From assembly GCA_052390235.1 (NCBI GenBank), contig JBQTHB010000003.1, forward strand, positions 128,001-192,000: a stretch of 64,000 bases of DNA, in the 5' to 3' direction. The translations under genes and the position numbers were made by a program. A model generated the notes under the pieces. It did not search any database. It had not been told where the DNA came from and was given only the letters and a program-made list of their open reading frames with translations. This document shows, piece after piece, positions 30,903 to 39,819 of this stretch. Source of the DNA: Deltaproteobacteria bacterium (GTDB taxonomy: Bacteria; Desulfobacterota_D; UBA1144; Nemesobacterales; CSP1-2). Position 1 is the first letter of the stretch, and the number at the start of each line of letters is the position of its first letter.

Positions 30903-32168
30903 ATGGCGGACTATAGCTTTGATTTCCTGTTCATAGGCGGAGGGATTTTGGGCTCGTCGGGGGCAATGTCTCTTGCCAAGATGCTCGCCCTTCGGGCAGA
31001 GAGCGCAAGCGTCGCCGTCCTTGACCTCGATTTAGAAGGCGAGCATTCATCCTCGCTCAAAAACGCAGGCGGCGTCAGGGCTACTTGGCGCAACAGGGCA
31101 AACGTCGCGCTCTGCAAGTACTCGATTGATTTCTACGAGACCATAGCCGAACAAGTCCAATTCAAGGAGCTTGGCTACTATTGGATGCACGATGCAGAGT
31201 GGTGCGAAGAGGTCAGGGGGAATCTCCCGCTCTACCGCGAATACGGGCTTTCCGTGGAGATTCACCCTGCCGAGGCAGTTCCCGAATTTCTCCCATTTGT
31301 GGATAATTTAGATGGAATAAGCGGGCTTTCAATCTCCCATAAAGCCGGACTCATTGACCACTACTCGCTCAGGGAGTACTACAGGAGGGAAGCCCGAGGG
31401 GCGGGGGTTCAGTTCTTCGACGGCTGTTTTGTGAAGCAGATTAAAGTATCGGGCGGCGCGGCGCGGGAGGTCGTAGCGCTCCGAGATTACCGGCGGCAAG
31501 GCTCGGATTTAGATAAATCGAGCTTAGTAAAATCCTGCCTAACCACAGGGGGTGAACCCGAAGGCGAGGAAATCTCGTTTCAGTGCGGAGTCCTAATCAA
31601 TACCGCTGGCGCGTGGTCGCCCCGAATCTCGGCACTCTTGGGATTCGACGATGCGATGATAAAACCGCGCAGACGGCAGATGGTCGTCTTCAGATGCCCA
31701 GAGGTTGACCTCGCCCGCTATGGAATTGTCATTGACACCTCGGCGGTGTATTTCCACAGAGATTCCGATAACATCCTCGCCGGATACTCCAATATGGACG
31801 AGCCTTACGGCTACAACCTCGATTTTGGCTTCGGAGGCGCGCAGGAGGACAGCCAATTCACTCGCCACATCTGGACGCCGCTCGCGGGGAGAAGCTCCAA
31901 ATTCGAGCGCGTGAAATTCATCAGGGGATGGGCAGGGCTATACGCCGAAACCCCCGACCGCTCCGGCTTTCTCGGCAGAGTGCCGGGATTTGAGAATGTC
32001 TATGAGTGCGCCGGCCACACTGGGCGGGGGCTTATGATTTCCTACGGGGCGGGGGCGGCTTTGGCGGATTTGATTCTCGATGGCAGGCCGCGAGACGAGC
32101 TTAAATCCGCCTCGGATTTATCAAGGACGAGACCCTCAGGGGAGCTATTTGAAGAACTCCATCTGTGA
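30903..32168 (+). CDS. FAD-dependent oxidoreductase (DAO/sarcosine oxidase beta-like)
   Basis: IGGGILG, NAGGVR, AGAWS, WAGLY.ETPD, GHTGRG. Confidence 0.85.
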   Translation: MADYSFDFLFIGGGILGSSGAMSLAKMLALRAESASVAVLDLDLEGEHSSSLKNAGGVRATWRNRANVALCKYSIDFYETIAEQVQFKELGYYWMHDAEWCEEVRGNLPLYREYGLSVEIHPAEAVPEFLPFVDNLDGISGLSISHKAGLIDHYSLREYYRREARGAGVQFFDGCFVKQIKVSGGAAREVVALRDYRRQGSDLDKSSLVKSCLTTGGEPEGEEISFQCGVLINTAGAWSPRISALLGFDDAMIKPRRRQMVVFRCPEVDLARYGIVIDTSAVYFHRDSDNILAGYSNMDEPYGYNLDFGFGGAQEDSQFTRHIWTPLAGRSSKFERVKFIRGWAGLYAETPDRSGFLGRVPGFENVYECAGHTGRGLMISYGAGAALADLILDGRPRDELKSASDLSRTRPSGELFEELHL

Positions 32169-32230
32169 GGAAGCCGCCGAGAATATTTCCAATGCCGCCA
32201 GCGTCATCGCTCAAAGTGGGGGAGAAATGA

Positions 32231-32512
32231 ATTCCCGCTCTGGAGACTTGCGGGAATGACAACCCTCTGTGTCATCCTGCGCCGCTTGTGTCATTTCGAG
32301 GGAGCATTAGCGACTGAGAAATCTTCACGCCCGTGCAATACAAGATTCCTCTGTGCGTTCGGAATGACAGGTGTGAGGGGTTGCGATTACACCCGCTATA
32401 GTTCGCAATGAGATACTCCCTCGCTTCGCTAGTTCGCAATGACAGTGGCTCTGGCGTTTCGAGTCCCGAATAAGTTCGGGGGGGAGACTTCACCCTGAGC
32501 GGAGTCGAAGGG
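32231..32512. repeat. Cluster of REP/REPIN-like palindromes between convergent genes
   Basis: ATTCCCGC/GCGGGAAT hairpin; long hairpin 32289-32369 (TGTCATT...AATGACA); TAGTTCGCAATGA x2; CCCTGAGCGGAGTCGAAGGG. Confidence 0.7.
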
Positions 32513-32580
32513 AGTGGAATGATTGATACTTAAGTTCTCTTTATCCCGTAGCTCTGGCAGGGTTAATTTCTCCGCCGCTA

Positions 32581-33294
32581 TCAGCCCCCCTGCGGAGTCA
32601 AGACCGCGGTGATTTGCGTATAGAACAGGTTTGTGATGCCCTCGAAGCCCGAATCCGTGCCGGCAATAAGCCAAATCGCCCCGCCCGCGTCGGCAGTAAC
32701 CCGGATTCCGTTCGGACTCCGAATGATTTTCCTCCGAAAAATGGGATTCACGCAGTCCGCGTCAACCCCAATATCGCCTATAACCTCGGCATCCGCCCCG
32801 CCCGCGCTCTGATTGCCTTTGTCAATATTCATCTCCAGAAATCCCATATTGCCAGTGGCTAATGGTTCAACCGCCGAAGCCCCTGCTTTTATCGCAATTG
32901 CTGGCGGCCCGCCGATTCCGACGCAATCCCGCCCGGCTTCGGATGCGATTTCAATCTCGAACCGAACCAAATACCCCTCTCCCGGCTCAAGCCCCGTAAT
33001 CCGGCGCTTTACGAACATAAAGAGGTCGTCGCTGTGGTTATTGCCGGAGATGAAAAGGGCTTTGCTCGCGCCTAATTGCGAGGGCAAATCCCGCAAGCCG
33101 AAATCGAGTTCAAAGAAATCCTCTTCGCCCTCCGGGTAGTCGGCGAATCCGCCAGTCCAACCATCGGCGGAATTGGAAAAGTCGAACCTGAAAATGGCAT
33201 CATCGCCCCCTGCGCCGCCAGAGTCGCTTTTGCACGCGATAAATAGCGCGGCAAGGGAGATTATCAGTACGAGGCTTGGGGCGGGGGTTTTCAT
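32581..33294 (-). CDS. Putative lipoprotein of unknown function
   Basis: Lipobox FIAC; GWTGGFADYP, GNNHSDDLFMF, GTDSGFEG. Confidence 0.75.
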   Translation of the reverse strand: MKTPAPSLVLIISLAALFIACKSDSGGAGGDDAIFRFDFSNSADGWTGGFADYPEGEEDFFELDFGLRDLPSQLGASKALFISGNNHSDDLFMFVKRRITGLEPGEGYLVRFEIEIASEAGRDCVGIGGPPAIAIKAGASAVEPLATGNMGFLEMNIDKGNQSAGGADAEVIGDIGVDADCVNPIFRRKIIRSPNGIRVTADAGGAIWLIAGTDSGFEGITNLFYTQITAVLTPQGG

Positions 33295-33319
33295 TTACAT
33301 CCTCCGAATATTGATGGTA

Positions 33320-33661
33320 TCACTTGAAAAGCAACCGAAGCGCGGAGTTAACGACCGCAAGCGCCAACGCGCCGAGGAGCGCCGCCGTAAAATTCTCCAC
33401 GGCGAAGCCCGATACAAAAGCCGAAGAGAATTTGAGCATTAGGGCGTTTATCACGAACAGGAATAGCCCAAAAGTGATGATAGTTATCGGGAAGGCGAGA
33501 ATTTTCAGGATGAATCCGATAGTCCCGTTCACAAGCCCTATGACCAGCGCCGCTATCAGAGCAGGGACAAATCCGGCTACGGTGAATCCCGGCACGACCT
33601 CAGACACTATCACTATGCCGAGGGCTGATAGAATCCATCCAATAATGAGGTTTCCCATCAC
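33320..33661 (-). CDS. YvlD/DUF360 (phage holin family 4-like) membrane protein
   Basis: Four TM segments, VPG, ALVIGLVN, PITIITFGLF.FVINA. Confidence 0.85.
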   Translation of the reverse strand: MMGNLIIGWILSALGIVIVSEVVPGFTVAGFVPALIAALVIGLVNGTIGFILKILAFPITIITFGLFLFVINALMLKFSSAFVSGFAVENFTAALLGALALAVVNSALRLLFK

Positions 33662-33782
33662 ATCGCAATCCCCCGTTTTTTAAATCTAATATAGCAGAGG
33701 AAAAGCGTCTGGCAAAGCCCGATGTCGCCCTCCCTCCCTCGGACTTGACTAGCGGCGAGAGCGGCGTTTATCATGAGCCGGC

Positions 33783-34379
33783 ATGAAACACTTTGAGCCT
33801 TATATCGAATATCGCCGAGCCCCGGTCGAAGTTGCCATAGCCACGCCCGAAGGGGGCGAAGTCTCAATTAAAATCGCCGCGGGAAGCTCCTTCGGGGCGC
33901 GGCACGATACGACAAGGCTCTGTCTTAGGGGGCTTGAGGCGATATTTCTGGAGCGGAAAATCGGCTCGGTTCTCGATTTCGGGTGTGGAAGCGGGATACT
34001 TTCCATCGCCTCGGCAATTCTGGGGGCAGAGCGGATTTTGGCGATAGACCTAGACCCCATCGCCGTCGAGGAGGCGAGGAAAAACTCGATAAACAACGGA
34101 GCAGACGGGAAAATCGAGGTTTCGCTCGGCTCGATTGAGGACGTTTCCGGCGCATTTGACCTCGTCGTAGCCAACATCGTAACGGATGAGCTACTTAGGA
34201 TGAGAGTAGATATTGCATCGAGGGTCAAATCGAGCGGCGGAGGGCTTCTGGTCTCAGGCATCGCAGAGGTGAAAAAAGAGGCCGTCGCCGAGGGATTTCA
34301 GCCCTTGGGACTGCGGCGAGAGAGGGAATTTTTGGGCAATGGCTGGGCCTGCATTTGGTTTACGGCAATTGAGGCTTGA
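33783..34379 (+). CDS. PrmA-like SAM-dependent methyltransferase (short form)
   Basis: SFG..HDTTRLCL, VLDFGCGSGILSI, DLDP.A, DLVVANI, LVSGI. Confidence 0.8.
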   Translation: MKHFEPYIEYRRAPVEVAIATPEGGEVSIKIAAGSSFGARHDTTRLCLRGLEAIFLERKIGSVLDFGCGSGILSIASAILGAERILAIDLDPIAVEEARKNSINNGADGKIEVSLGSIEDVSGAFDLVVANIVTDELLRMRVDIASRVKSSGGGLLVSGIAEVKKEAVAEGFQPLGLRREREFLGNGWACIWFTAIEA

Positions 34380-34595
34380 GAGATTCTGTTGCGCCCGCCG
34401 ATTTTCCCCGCGATACTACCTTGAGGCGGGACGCGGAATCAAGCACAGGGAATCTCAAGAATGCCAGCGACCCTCTCCCCTTGTCATTTCTAGGCGGTAG
34501 CGAGAAATCCTGCCTTCCCAAGCCGCCCCCCTCTTGACACTCAATGTATTCTTTTCGAGAGTAGTAGCTTCTAATCCCTGCGAGGTTTGCGTTTA

Positions 34596-35345
34596 ATGTA
34601 TCCGACACTGTTTAGGATTGGCGATATTTCAATTGCTTCGTTCTCGGTCATGGTTCTGCTATCGTTTCTCGTCGCGCACAGAATCGCCGACTCAGAGCTT
34701 AAGCGAAAGGGTTATAACGGCGGGCTTGCCGACGCGCTTCTCATCGCCGCCGTTGTGGGCGGAATAGGCGGGGCGAAGATTTTATTCCTGATTCAAAATG
34801 CGACGTTTGCCGAAATCATGGAAAATCCCCTTCGGTATCTCTCCTCCGGGCTTACTTACTACGGCGGGCTCATCGGCTCGCTCCTGCTTATATGGGTTGT
34901 CGTCCGGCGTTGGGGCGTGAGCTACTGGACTGCTACGGATGCCGTCGCGCCAGGGCTGATACTCGCCTACGCCATCGGCAGAATCGGGTGTCTGCTCGTG
35001 GGCGACGACTACGGCAGACCATCGGATCTGCCTTGGGCGATGGCTTTTCCCAACGGAGCGCCGCCCACGCTTGAGAGGGTTCACCCCACGCAGATATATG
35101 AAACGCTCATTATGACTGGCGTGTTCTTTTTCCTCTGGAGGATTAGAAAACTAGACCGCCCGCTGGGGTGGATGTCCGCCCTTACGTTCGTCCTGATAGG
35201 TACAGAGAGGTTTTTCGTGGAATTCGTGCGGGATACGACAATGAGCTTTATCCCCGGAATCTCGACGGCGCAGATAATCTCTCTGGGATTCATCGCAGTT
35301 GGGATGCTGAGGCTCCGGCATCTCAAGAGCCTCGGGGCAAAGTGA
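34596..35345 (+). CDS. lgt: Prolipoprotein diacylglyceryl transferase
   Basis: MYPTLF, YYGG, IGRIGC..GDDYG, HPTQIYE, RFFVEFVR. Confidence 0.92.
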   Translation: MYPTLFRIGDISIASFSVMVLLSFLVAHRIADSELKRKGYNGGLADALLIAAVVGGIGGAKILFLIQNATFAEIMENPLRYLSSGLTYYGGLIGSLLLIWVVVRRWGVSYWTATDAVAPGLILAYAIGRIGCLLVGDDYGRPSDLPWAMAFPNGAPPTLERVHPTQIYETLIMTGVFFFLWRIRKLDRPLGWMSALTFVLIGTERFFVEFVRDTTMSFIPGISTAQIISLGFIAVGMLRLRHLKSLGAK

Positions 35346-35467
35346 GGGATGAAAACCCCTAGCCCCGCCATAACGCCGCCGCTTCCGTCCGGCATCCGGC
35401 ATGATAAATCCCGCGCCCGGCTTGCAATTGTGCCATTTGAGTAAATACTATCTCGGAACTTGCCCCA

Positions 35468-36811
35468 ATGTCCGACCTCAAAGAGAGCCGCTTAGCCGCG
35501 CTGAACCCCACGCAACTCATTGTGCTTTCGTTCGCCGTCGCCTCTGTTGCGGGGGGGATACTGCTGAAACTCCCGTTTGCCACGAACAACGGGATTTCCT
35601 TTGTTGACGCCCTGTTCATAGCAACCTCGGCTGTGTGCGTTACGGGGCTTGCCACGGTGGACGTTGGAGCGACCTTTACGGATTTCGGCAAGGTGGTAAT
35701 TCTGTTTTTAATTCAGGTGGGCGGGCTTGGAATTACGACCTATGGGGCGGTTTTCGCCTCGGTGATAACCGGCGGGCTGAGTCTCAAAAATAGGGCTATG
35801 GTTCGGGACTCGTTCGGGAATGTTGGGATAAAAAACTTTCGGACCATGCTATTTGAGATAGTCATATTTACTTTTCTGCTGGAGCTTGCCGGGGCGCTGG
35901 TTCTCTATATGCTCATACCGGAGTCCGGTTTTTTTGCCGCCGTGTTTCACTCGGTAGCCGCTTTCTGCAACGCCGGTTTTTCGTTCTACTCGGACAGCTT
36001 CATAGTCTACAGGGACAGCGCTGGGGTCAATTTGATTCTGATAGCGCTGCTTGTGGCGGGCGGCATCGGATTCCTGGTCATCCGCGAGTTGAGGCTGTAT
36101 TTGCTGGGGTGGGCGACTCAAATTTCCCTGCACACGAGGATTGTTCTCGTGGTTTCAGGGGTTTTGCTTCTCGTCGGCGCTCTACTGATACTCGCGCTTG
36201 AGTGGAACGGGGCTTTAAGAGGGTTTAGTCTCGAGGAGAAATTTCTCGTCTCGTTTTTTCAATCCGCCACCACGCGAACCGCCGGGTTTAACACAATTGA
36301 CCTTACGCTTCTGTCAAATTCCACAATTTTCATACTGATAATACTGATGTTTATAGGGGCTTCCCCAGGCTCCTGCGGCGGCGGGATAAAAACCTCGACC
36401 CTAGCCGTGCTTCTTGCCTTCGTTAGAAATCGGTCTTTGGGCAGGGAGGACGTATTTTTCTTCAAGCGCACTATCCCGCAGGAGGTCATATCGAAGGCGG
36501 TCTCGGTGGTTACGGCAAGCGCGGTTGTGGTGATTTTGATGACCCTTCTACTCACGGTCTCGGAGGGATGGGGAATGTCCTATGCCGCAGGGCAGGGGAT
36601 TTTTATGCAGTCCCTTTTTGAGATAGTCTCGGCTTTTGCAACAGTGGGACTCACCCTCAACTTTACCTACGAGCTTTCGACTTTCGGCAAGATTGTGGTA
36701 ATCTTCACCATGCTTATCGGCAGGGTTGGGCCCCTTGCGGTGGCTCTCGCCGTGGGAGGAGAAAAGCCGGTTCGCTTTAAATACGCCGAAGAGAGAGTCA
36801 TGGTAGGATGA
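35468..36811 (+). CDS. ktrB: Ktr/Trk potassium uptake membrane subunit
   Basis: SAVCVTGL, AFCNAGF, RTAGF, GGGIK, SAFATVGL, GRVGP. Confidence 0.92.
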   Translation: MSDLKESRLAALNPTQLIVLSFAVASVAGGILLKLPFATNNGISFVDALFIATSAVCVTGLATVDVGATFTDFGKVVILFLIQVGGLGITTYGAVFASVITGGLSLKNRAMVRDSFGNVGIKNFRTMLFEIVIFTFLLELAGALVLYMLIPESGFFAAVFHSVAAFCNAGFSFYSDSFIVYRDSAGVNLILIALLVAGGIGFLVIRELRLYLLGWATQISLHTRIVLVVSGVLLLVGALLILALEWNGALRGFSLEEKFLVSFFQSATTRTAGFNTIDLTLLSNSTIFILIILMFIGASPGSCGGGIKTSTLAVLLAFVRNRSLGREDVFFFKRTIPQEVISKAVSVVTASAVVVILMTLLLTVSEGWGMSYAAGQGIFMQSLFEIVSAFATVGLTLNFTYELSTFGKIVVIFTMLIGRVGPLAVALAVGGEKPVRFKYAEERVMVG

Positions 36812-37482
36812 AAAGAGGCAGGTTTCTCATTTGCGGTTTAGGCAATTTCGGTTCTAATTTGGCGAGACGGCTTTTCGAGCAGGGCCAAGAAGTCATAGCC
36901 ATTGATATTGACGAAAAGAAAATCGCCGAAACCAGAGATTACGCATCCGAAGCCGTGGTAGCCAACGCATCCGAGAGAGAAGCCCTTGAGCAAATCGGTC
37001 TCGGCTCGATTGACGCCGCAGTGATAAGCCTCGGTGAGACGAGAATTGACACGAGCGTGCTTGCGACCCTCCACCTCAAAGACCTCGGAATAAAAAGAAT
37101 AATTGTCAAAACAATCTCCCCTGAACACGCGAGAATTGTCGAGAGAATCGGCGCCACTGAAGTCATATTCCCCGAAAAAGAAGCCGCCATCCGTCTCGCA
37201 GACAAGCTCAGCACCCCTCACGTCTTCGAGCAGGTGAGCCTGCACGAGGGCTATTCCCTTGTCGAGATGATGTCTCCGCGCGAGCTTTGGAATAAAACCC
37301 TCATGGAAGCGAGCATCAGGTCAAAGTACAACATCACTATAGTGTGGATAAACAGAAAAACCCCGGACGGAAAGGAAATATCCATAGTTCCCCGCCCCGA
37401 CGATAGGGTCATGGAAGGAGACGTGCTTTTCGTACTCGGAGAACAGAAAGCCATAGAAGGATTTAAAAAACTCAAAACATGA
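36808..37482 (+). CDS. ktrA: Ktr/Trk potassium uptake RCK subunit
   Basis: GLGNFG Rossmann motif, GATEVIFPE, RCK_C domain. Confidence 0.92.
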   Translation: MKRGRFLICGLGNFGSNLARRLFEQGQEVIAIDIDEKKIAETRDYASEAVVANASEREALEQIGLGSIDAAVISLGETRIDTSVLATLHLKDLGIKRIIVKTISPEHARIVERIGATEVIFPEKEAAIRLADKLSTPHVFEQVSLHEGYSLVEMMSPRELWNKTLMEASIRSKYNITIVWINRKTPDGKEISIVPRPDDRVMEGDVLFVLGEQKAIEGFKKLKT

Positions 37483-38399
37483 AGGCAATTTTCGACCCCG
37501 ATACCCCCCCCGCCTCCCCCGTGTCTGCAACTATCGGAGTTTTCGATGGCGTTCACCTCGGACACCGGCAGATAATCCGCCTCGTCAGAGAAGATGCACT
37601 CATAAGACGAGCCGCCTCGTGCGTTATAACATTTGACCCTCACCCCCAGCGCGTGCTTCATCAAAGCCAGATACCGCTCATAGTGCCGTTTCGAGAGAGG
37701 CTCGCTCTTTTTGAAGCCGAGGGAGTGGACCTGGCTGTCTGCTATAATTTCACTAGGGAATTCGCCTCGATTTCCGCCGAGGATTTCGTAGCGAATAAGC
37801 TGGTCGGCGCGCTCGGCATAAAGAGCATATTCGTAGGGGCCGATTTTACCTTCGGACGCAAGAGGGAGGGCAATATAGGGCTTCTGCGCGCTATGGGAGC
37901 GGAACTGGGATTCGAGGTAAACACGGTCTCGCCCGTTCATCTGGGGGATGAGCTAATAAGTAGCACCGCAATCAGGGGATTTATACAAGAAGGCATGGTC
38001 GGCAAGGCGGCGCGCTTTCTAGGGAGAAATTTCTACATCGAGGGCACAATCAAAGAGGGCGAGAAAAGGGGGCGGCTTCTGGGGTTTCCCACCGCTAACC
38101 TCGATGCCGACTGGGAGCTGCTCCCGATGAAAGGGGTATATGCCACATGGGCTTGGATTAACGGCATAAAGCGCAAAAGCATCACAAACATAGGTTTTCG
38201 CCCCACGTTCAACGCCTCCGGGCTTCTCATCGAAACCCATGTATTTGACTTCAGCGCGGATCTGTACGGCAGGCGCGTGAAAGTCGAATTCGCCGAGCGG
38301 CTGAGGGACGAGCGGCGGTTTGAAAGCGTTGAGGCTCTCACAGCTCAAATTGCCAGAGACGTTCTAAGGTCGCGGGAAATTTTGGCGGCGGCGGAGTGA
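37479..38399 (+). CDS. ribF: Bifunctional riboflavin kinase/FAD synthetase
   Basis: GVFDGVHLGH, TFDPHP, ISSTAIR, GFPTAN, ETHVFDF. Confidence 0.97.
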   Translation: MKAIFDPDTPPASPVSATIGVFDGVHLGHRQIIRLVREDALIRRAASCVITFDPHPQRVLHQSQIPLIVPFRERLALFEAEGVDLAVCYNFTREFASISAEDFVANKLVGALGIKSIFVGADFTFGRKREGNIGLLRAMGAELGFEVNTVSPVHLGDELISSTAIRGFIQEGMVGKAARFLGRNFYIEGTIKEGEKRGRLLGFPTANLDADWELLPMKGVYATWAWINGIKRKSITNIGFRPTFNASGLLIETHVFDFSADLYGRRVKVEFAERLRDERRFESVEALTAQIARDVLRSREILAAAE

Positions 38400-38451
38400 T
38401 TTATCCCATCCCGCGCGCAGAATGAAAATTCTGCCGCATCCACAGAAGCAG

Positions 38452-39300
38452 ATGAGCGTAAAAGGCACAACTGAGGTTTATGCAATATTTGGTCATCCCG
38501 TAAGCCATAGCTTCTCGCCGGCTATGCACAACGCCGCCATCGCCGCTCTGGGGCTTGACGCCGTCTATGTCCCCTTTGATGTGCGCCCTGAAGAGTTGGA
38601 ATCCGCCGCGCGCGCCGTCAGAGCCATGGGAATCCGAGGCGTAAACGTTACGATTCCCCATAAGCACAGAATCATTCCGTTCCTTGACGAGGTCTCAGCT
38701 GAGGTGTCCCTAACCGGCGCGCTGAACACGATAAAAAACGAGGGCGGCAGGCTCAGGGGTTTTAACACCGACGTGGGCGGCTTTATGAGGGCTTTGGCAG
38801 AGGATCTCAATATTCGCCCCAAGGGGCTGACCGTAACCCTGCTCGGCGCGGGAGGAGCGGCAAGAGCCGTGATTTCGGGACTCGCCGCCGCATCCGTCTC
38901 GGAGATTTTCATCCTCAACAGAACCCTCGCCAGAGCCTCGGCTCTGGCGGCGCAGTTCGCTCCCCATTTTAGGGGCGTCTCAATTAAGGCGCTCTGGCAG
39001 GAGGACGGGGACTCCATTCGGGAATGCTTGGGAAAATCCCACCTGCTTGTGAATTCCACCTCAGCCGGAATGAAGGGGGCAGGCTCGCTTGAGATTCCAA
39101 TTGAATGCCTGCCCAGGAGCGCCGCGGTGTATGATTTGGTTTATAACCCCCGCGAGACCGCGCTCGTCAAGGCGGCGAGGGATTTGGGCATCCGTGCTTC
39201 CGGGGGTCTGAGCATGCTTATTTATCAGGGGGCGGAGAGCTTCGAGATTTGGACAGGCAGGAGCGCGCCCGTCGAGATAATGCGCAGTGTCATAGAATAG
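38452..39300 (+). CDS. aroE: Shikimate dehydrogenase
   Basis: HSFSPAMHN, NVTIPHK, NTD, GAGGAARA, DLVYNP; start may be 38422. Confidence 0.95.
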   Translation: MSVKGTTEVYAIFGHPVSHSFSPAMHNAAIAALGLDAVYVPFDVRPEELESAARAVRAMGIRGVNVTIPHKHRIIPFLDEVSAEVSLTGALNTIKNEGGRLRGFNTDVGGFMRALAEDLNIRPKGLTVTLLGAGGAARAVISGLAAASVSEIFILNRTLARASALAAQFAPHFRGVSIKALWQEDGDSIRECLGKSHLLVNSTSAGMKGAGSLEIPIECLPRSAAVYDLVYNPRETALVKAARDLGIRASGGLSMLIYQGAESFEIWTGRSAPVEIMRSVIE

Positions 39301-39378
39301 CGCTTCCAGTTAGCCGATAGTACAAATTAAAATTAATTAACAAACAATAAATAATATTAAAATAAGCAAATAGACCTA

Positions 39379-39407
39379 TTGACCGGCAAATAAATCGGCT
39401 ATATAAA
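39379..39407 (+). promoter_or_regulatory. sigma70 promoter with AT-rich upstream tract
   Basis: TTGACC-17nt-TATAAA preceded by ~50 nt of almost pure A/T. Confidence 0.6.
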
Positions 39408-39441
39408 TTACGCAAATACAAATTCACGGAGGTAGTTGATT

Positions 39442-39741
39442 ATGCGTAAAGCGTTAGCGCTGATGTTGGTAATGGCAATTTCTTTCTCATCCCTAGCCAT
39501 GGCTTCTGATTTTGGCGCCGGGGACGCGAGCTTTCTATTTAACTCAAGCGACGTAGCCGCGTCCGCCATCGGAGTGGATGAAATGCAGTCCACGCACGGG
39601 CAGTTGCTAGGTCTCGGCGGAATTATCTCTCCGCTCCTCGGGCCGATTCTCCCGCTCTTGGCGCCGGTGTTTGGAATCGTTAACAGCGTTCCCGTAGTCG
39701 GCGGTCTCGTAAACACGGTTTTAGCCCTCGTGCTAAGCTAA
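39442..39741 (+). CDS. Small secreted precursor: signal peptide, acidic pro-region, hydrophobic core
   Basis: GGAGG RBS, AMA|S cleavage site, own promoter and terminator. Confidence 0.8.
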   Translation: MRKALALMLVMAISFSSLAMASDFGAGDASFLFNSSDVAASAIGVDEMQSTHGQLLGLGGIISPLLGPILPLLAPVFGIVNSVPVVGGLVNTVLALVLS

Positions 39742-39786
39742 TTTTTTTTATAAAGCTCCATACCTCTCCTTTATGGGTTTAACACA

Positions 39787-39819
39787 AAGGGCTTCGGGTA
39801 ACCCCGAGGCTCTTTTTTT
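39787..39819 (+). terminator. Rho-independent terminator
   Basis: AAGGGCTTCGGG-loop-CCCGAGGCTCTT hairpin running into a T tract. Confidence 0.85.

Noticed and set aside
32231..32512. CRISPR array
   Set aside because: Repeats are heterogeneous palindromes without regular spacing; no cas genes
33320..33661. Holin as evidence of a prophage
   Set aside because: YvlD/DUF360 is common on chromosomes; no endolysin, structural or integrase genes nearby
35421..35435. sigma54 site upstream of ktrB
   Set aside because: TGGCAC and TTGC are only 2 nt apart and lie on the wrong strand
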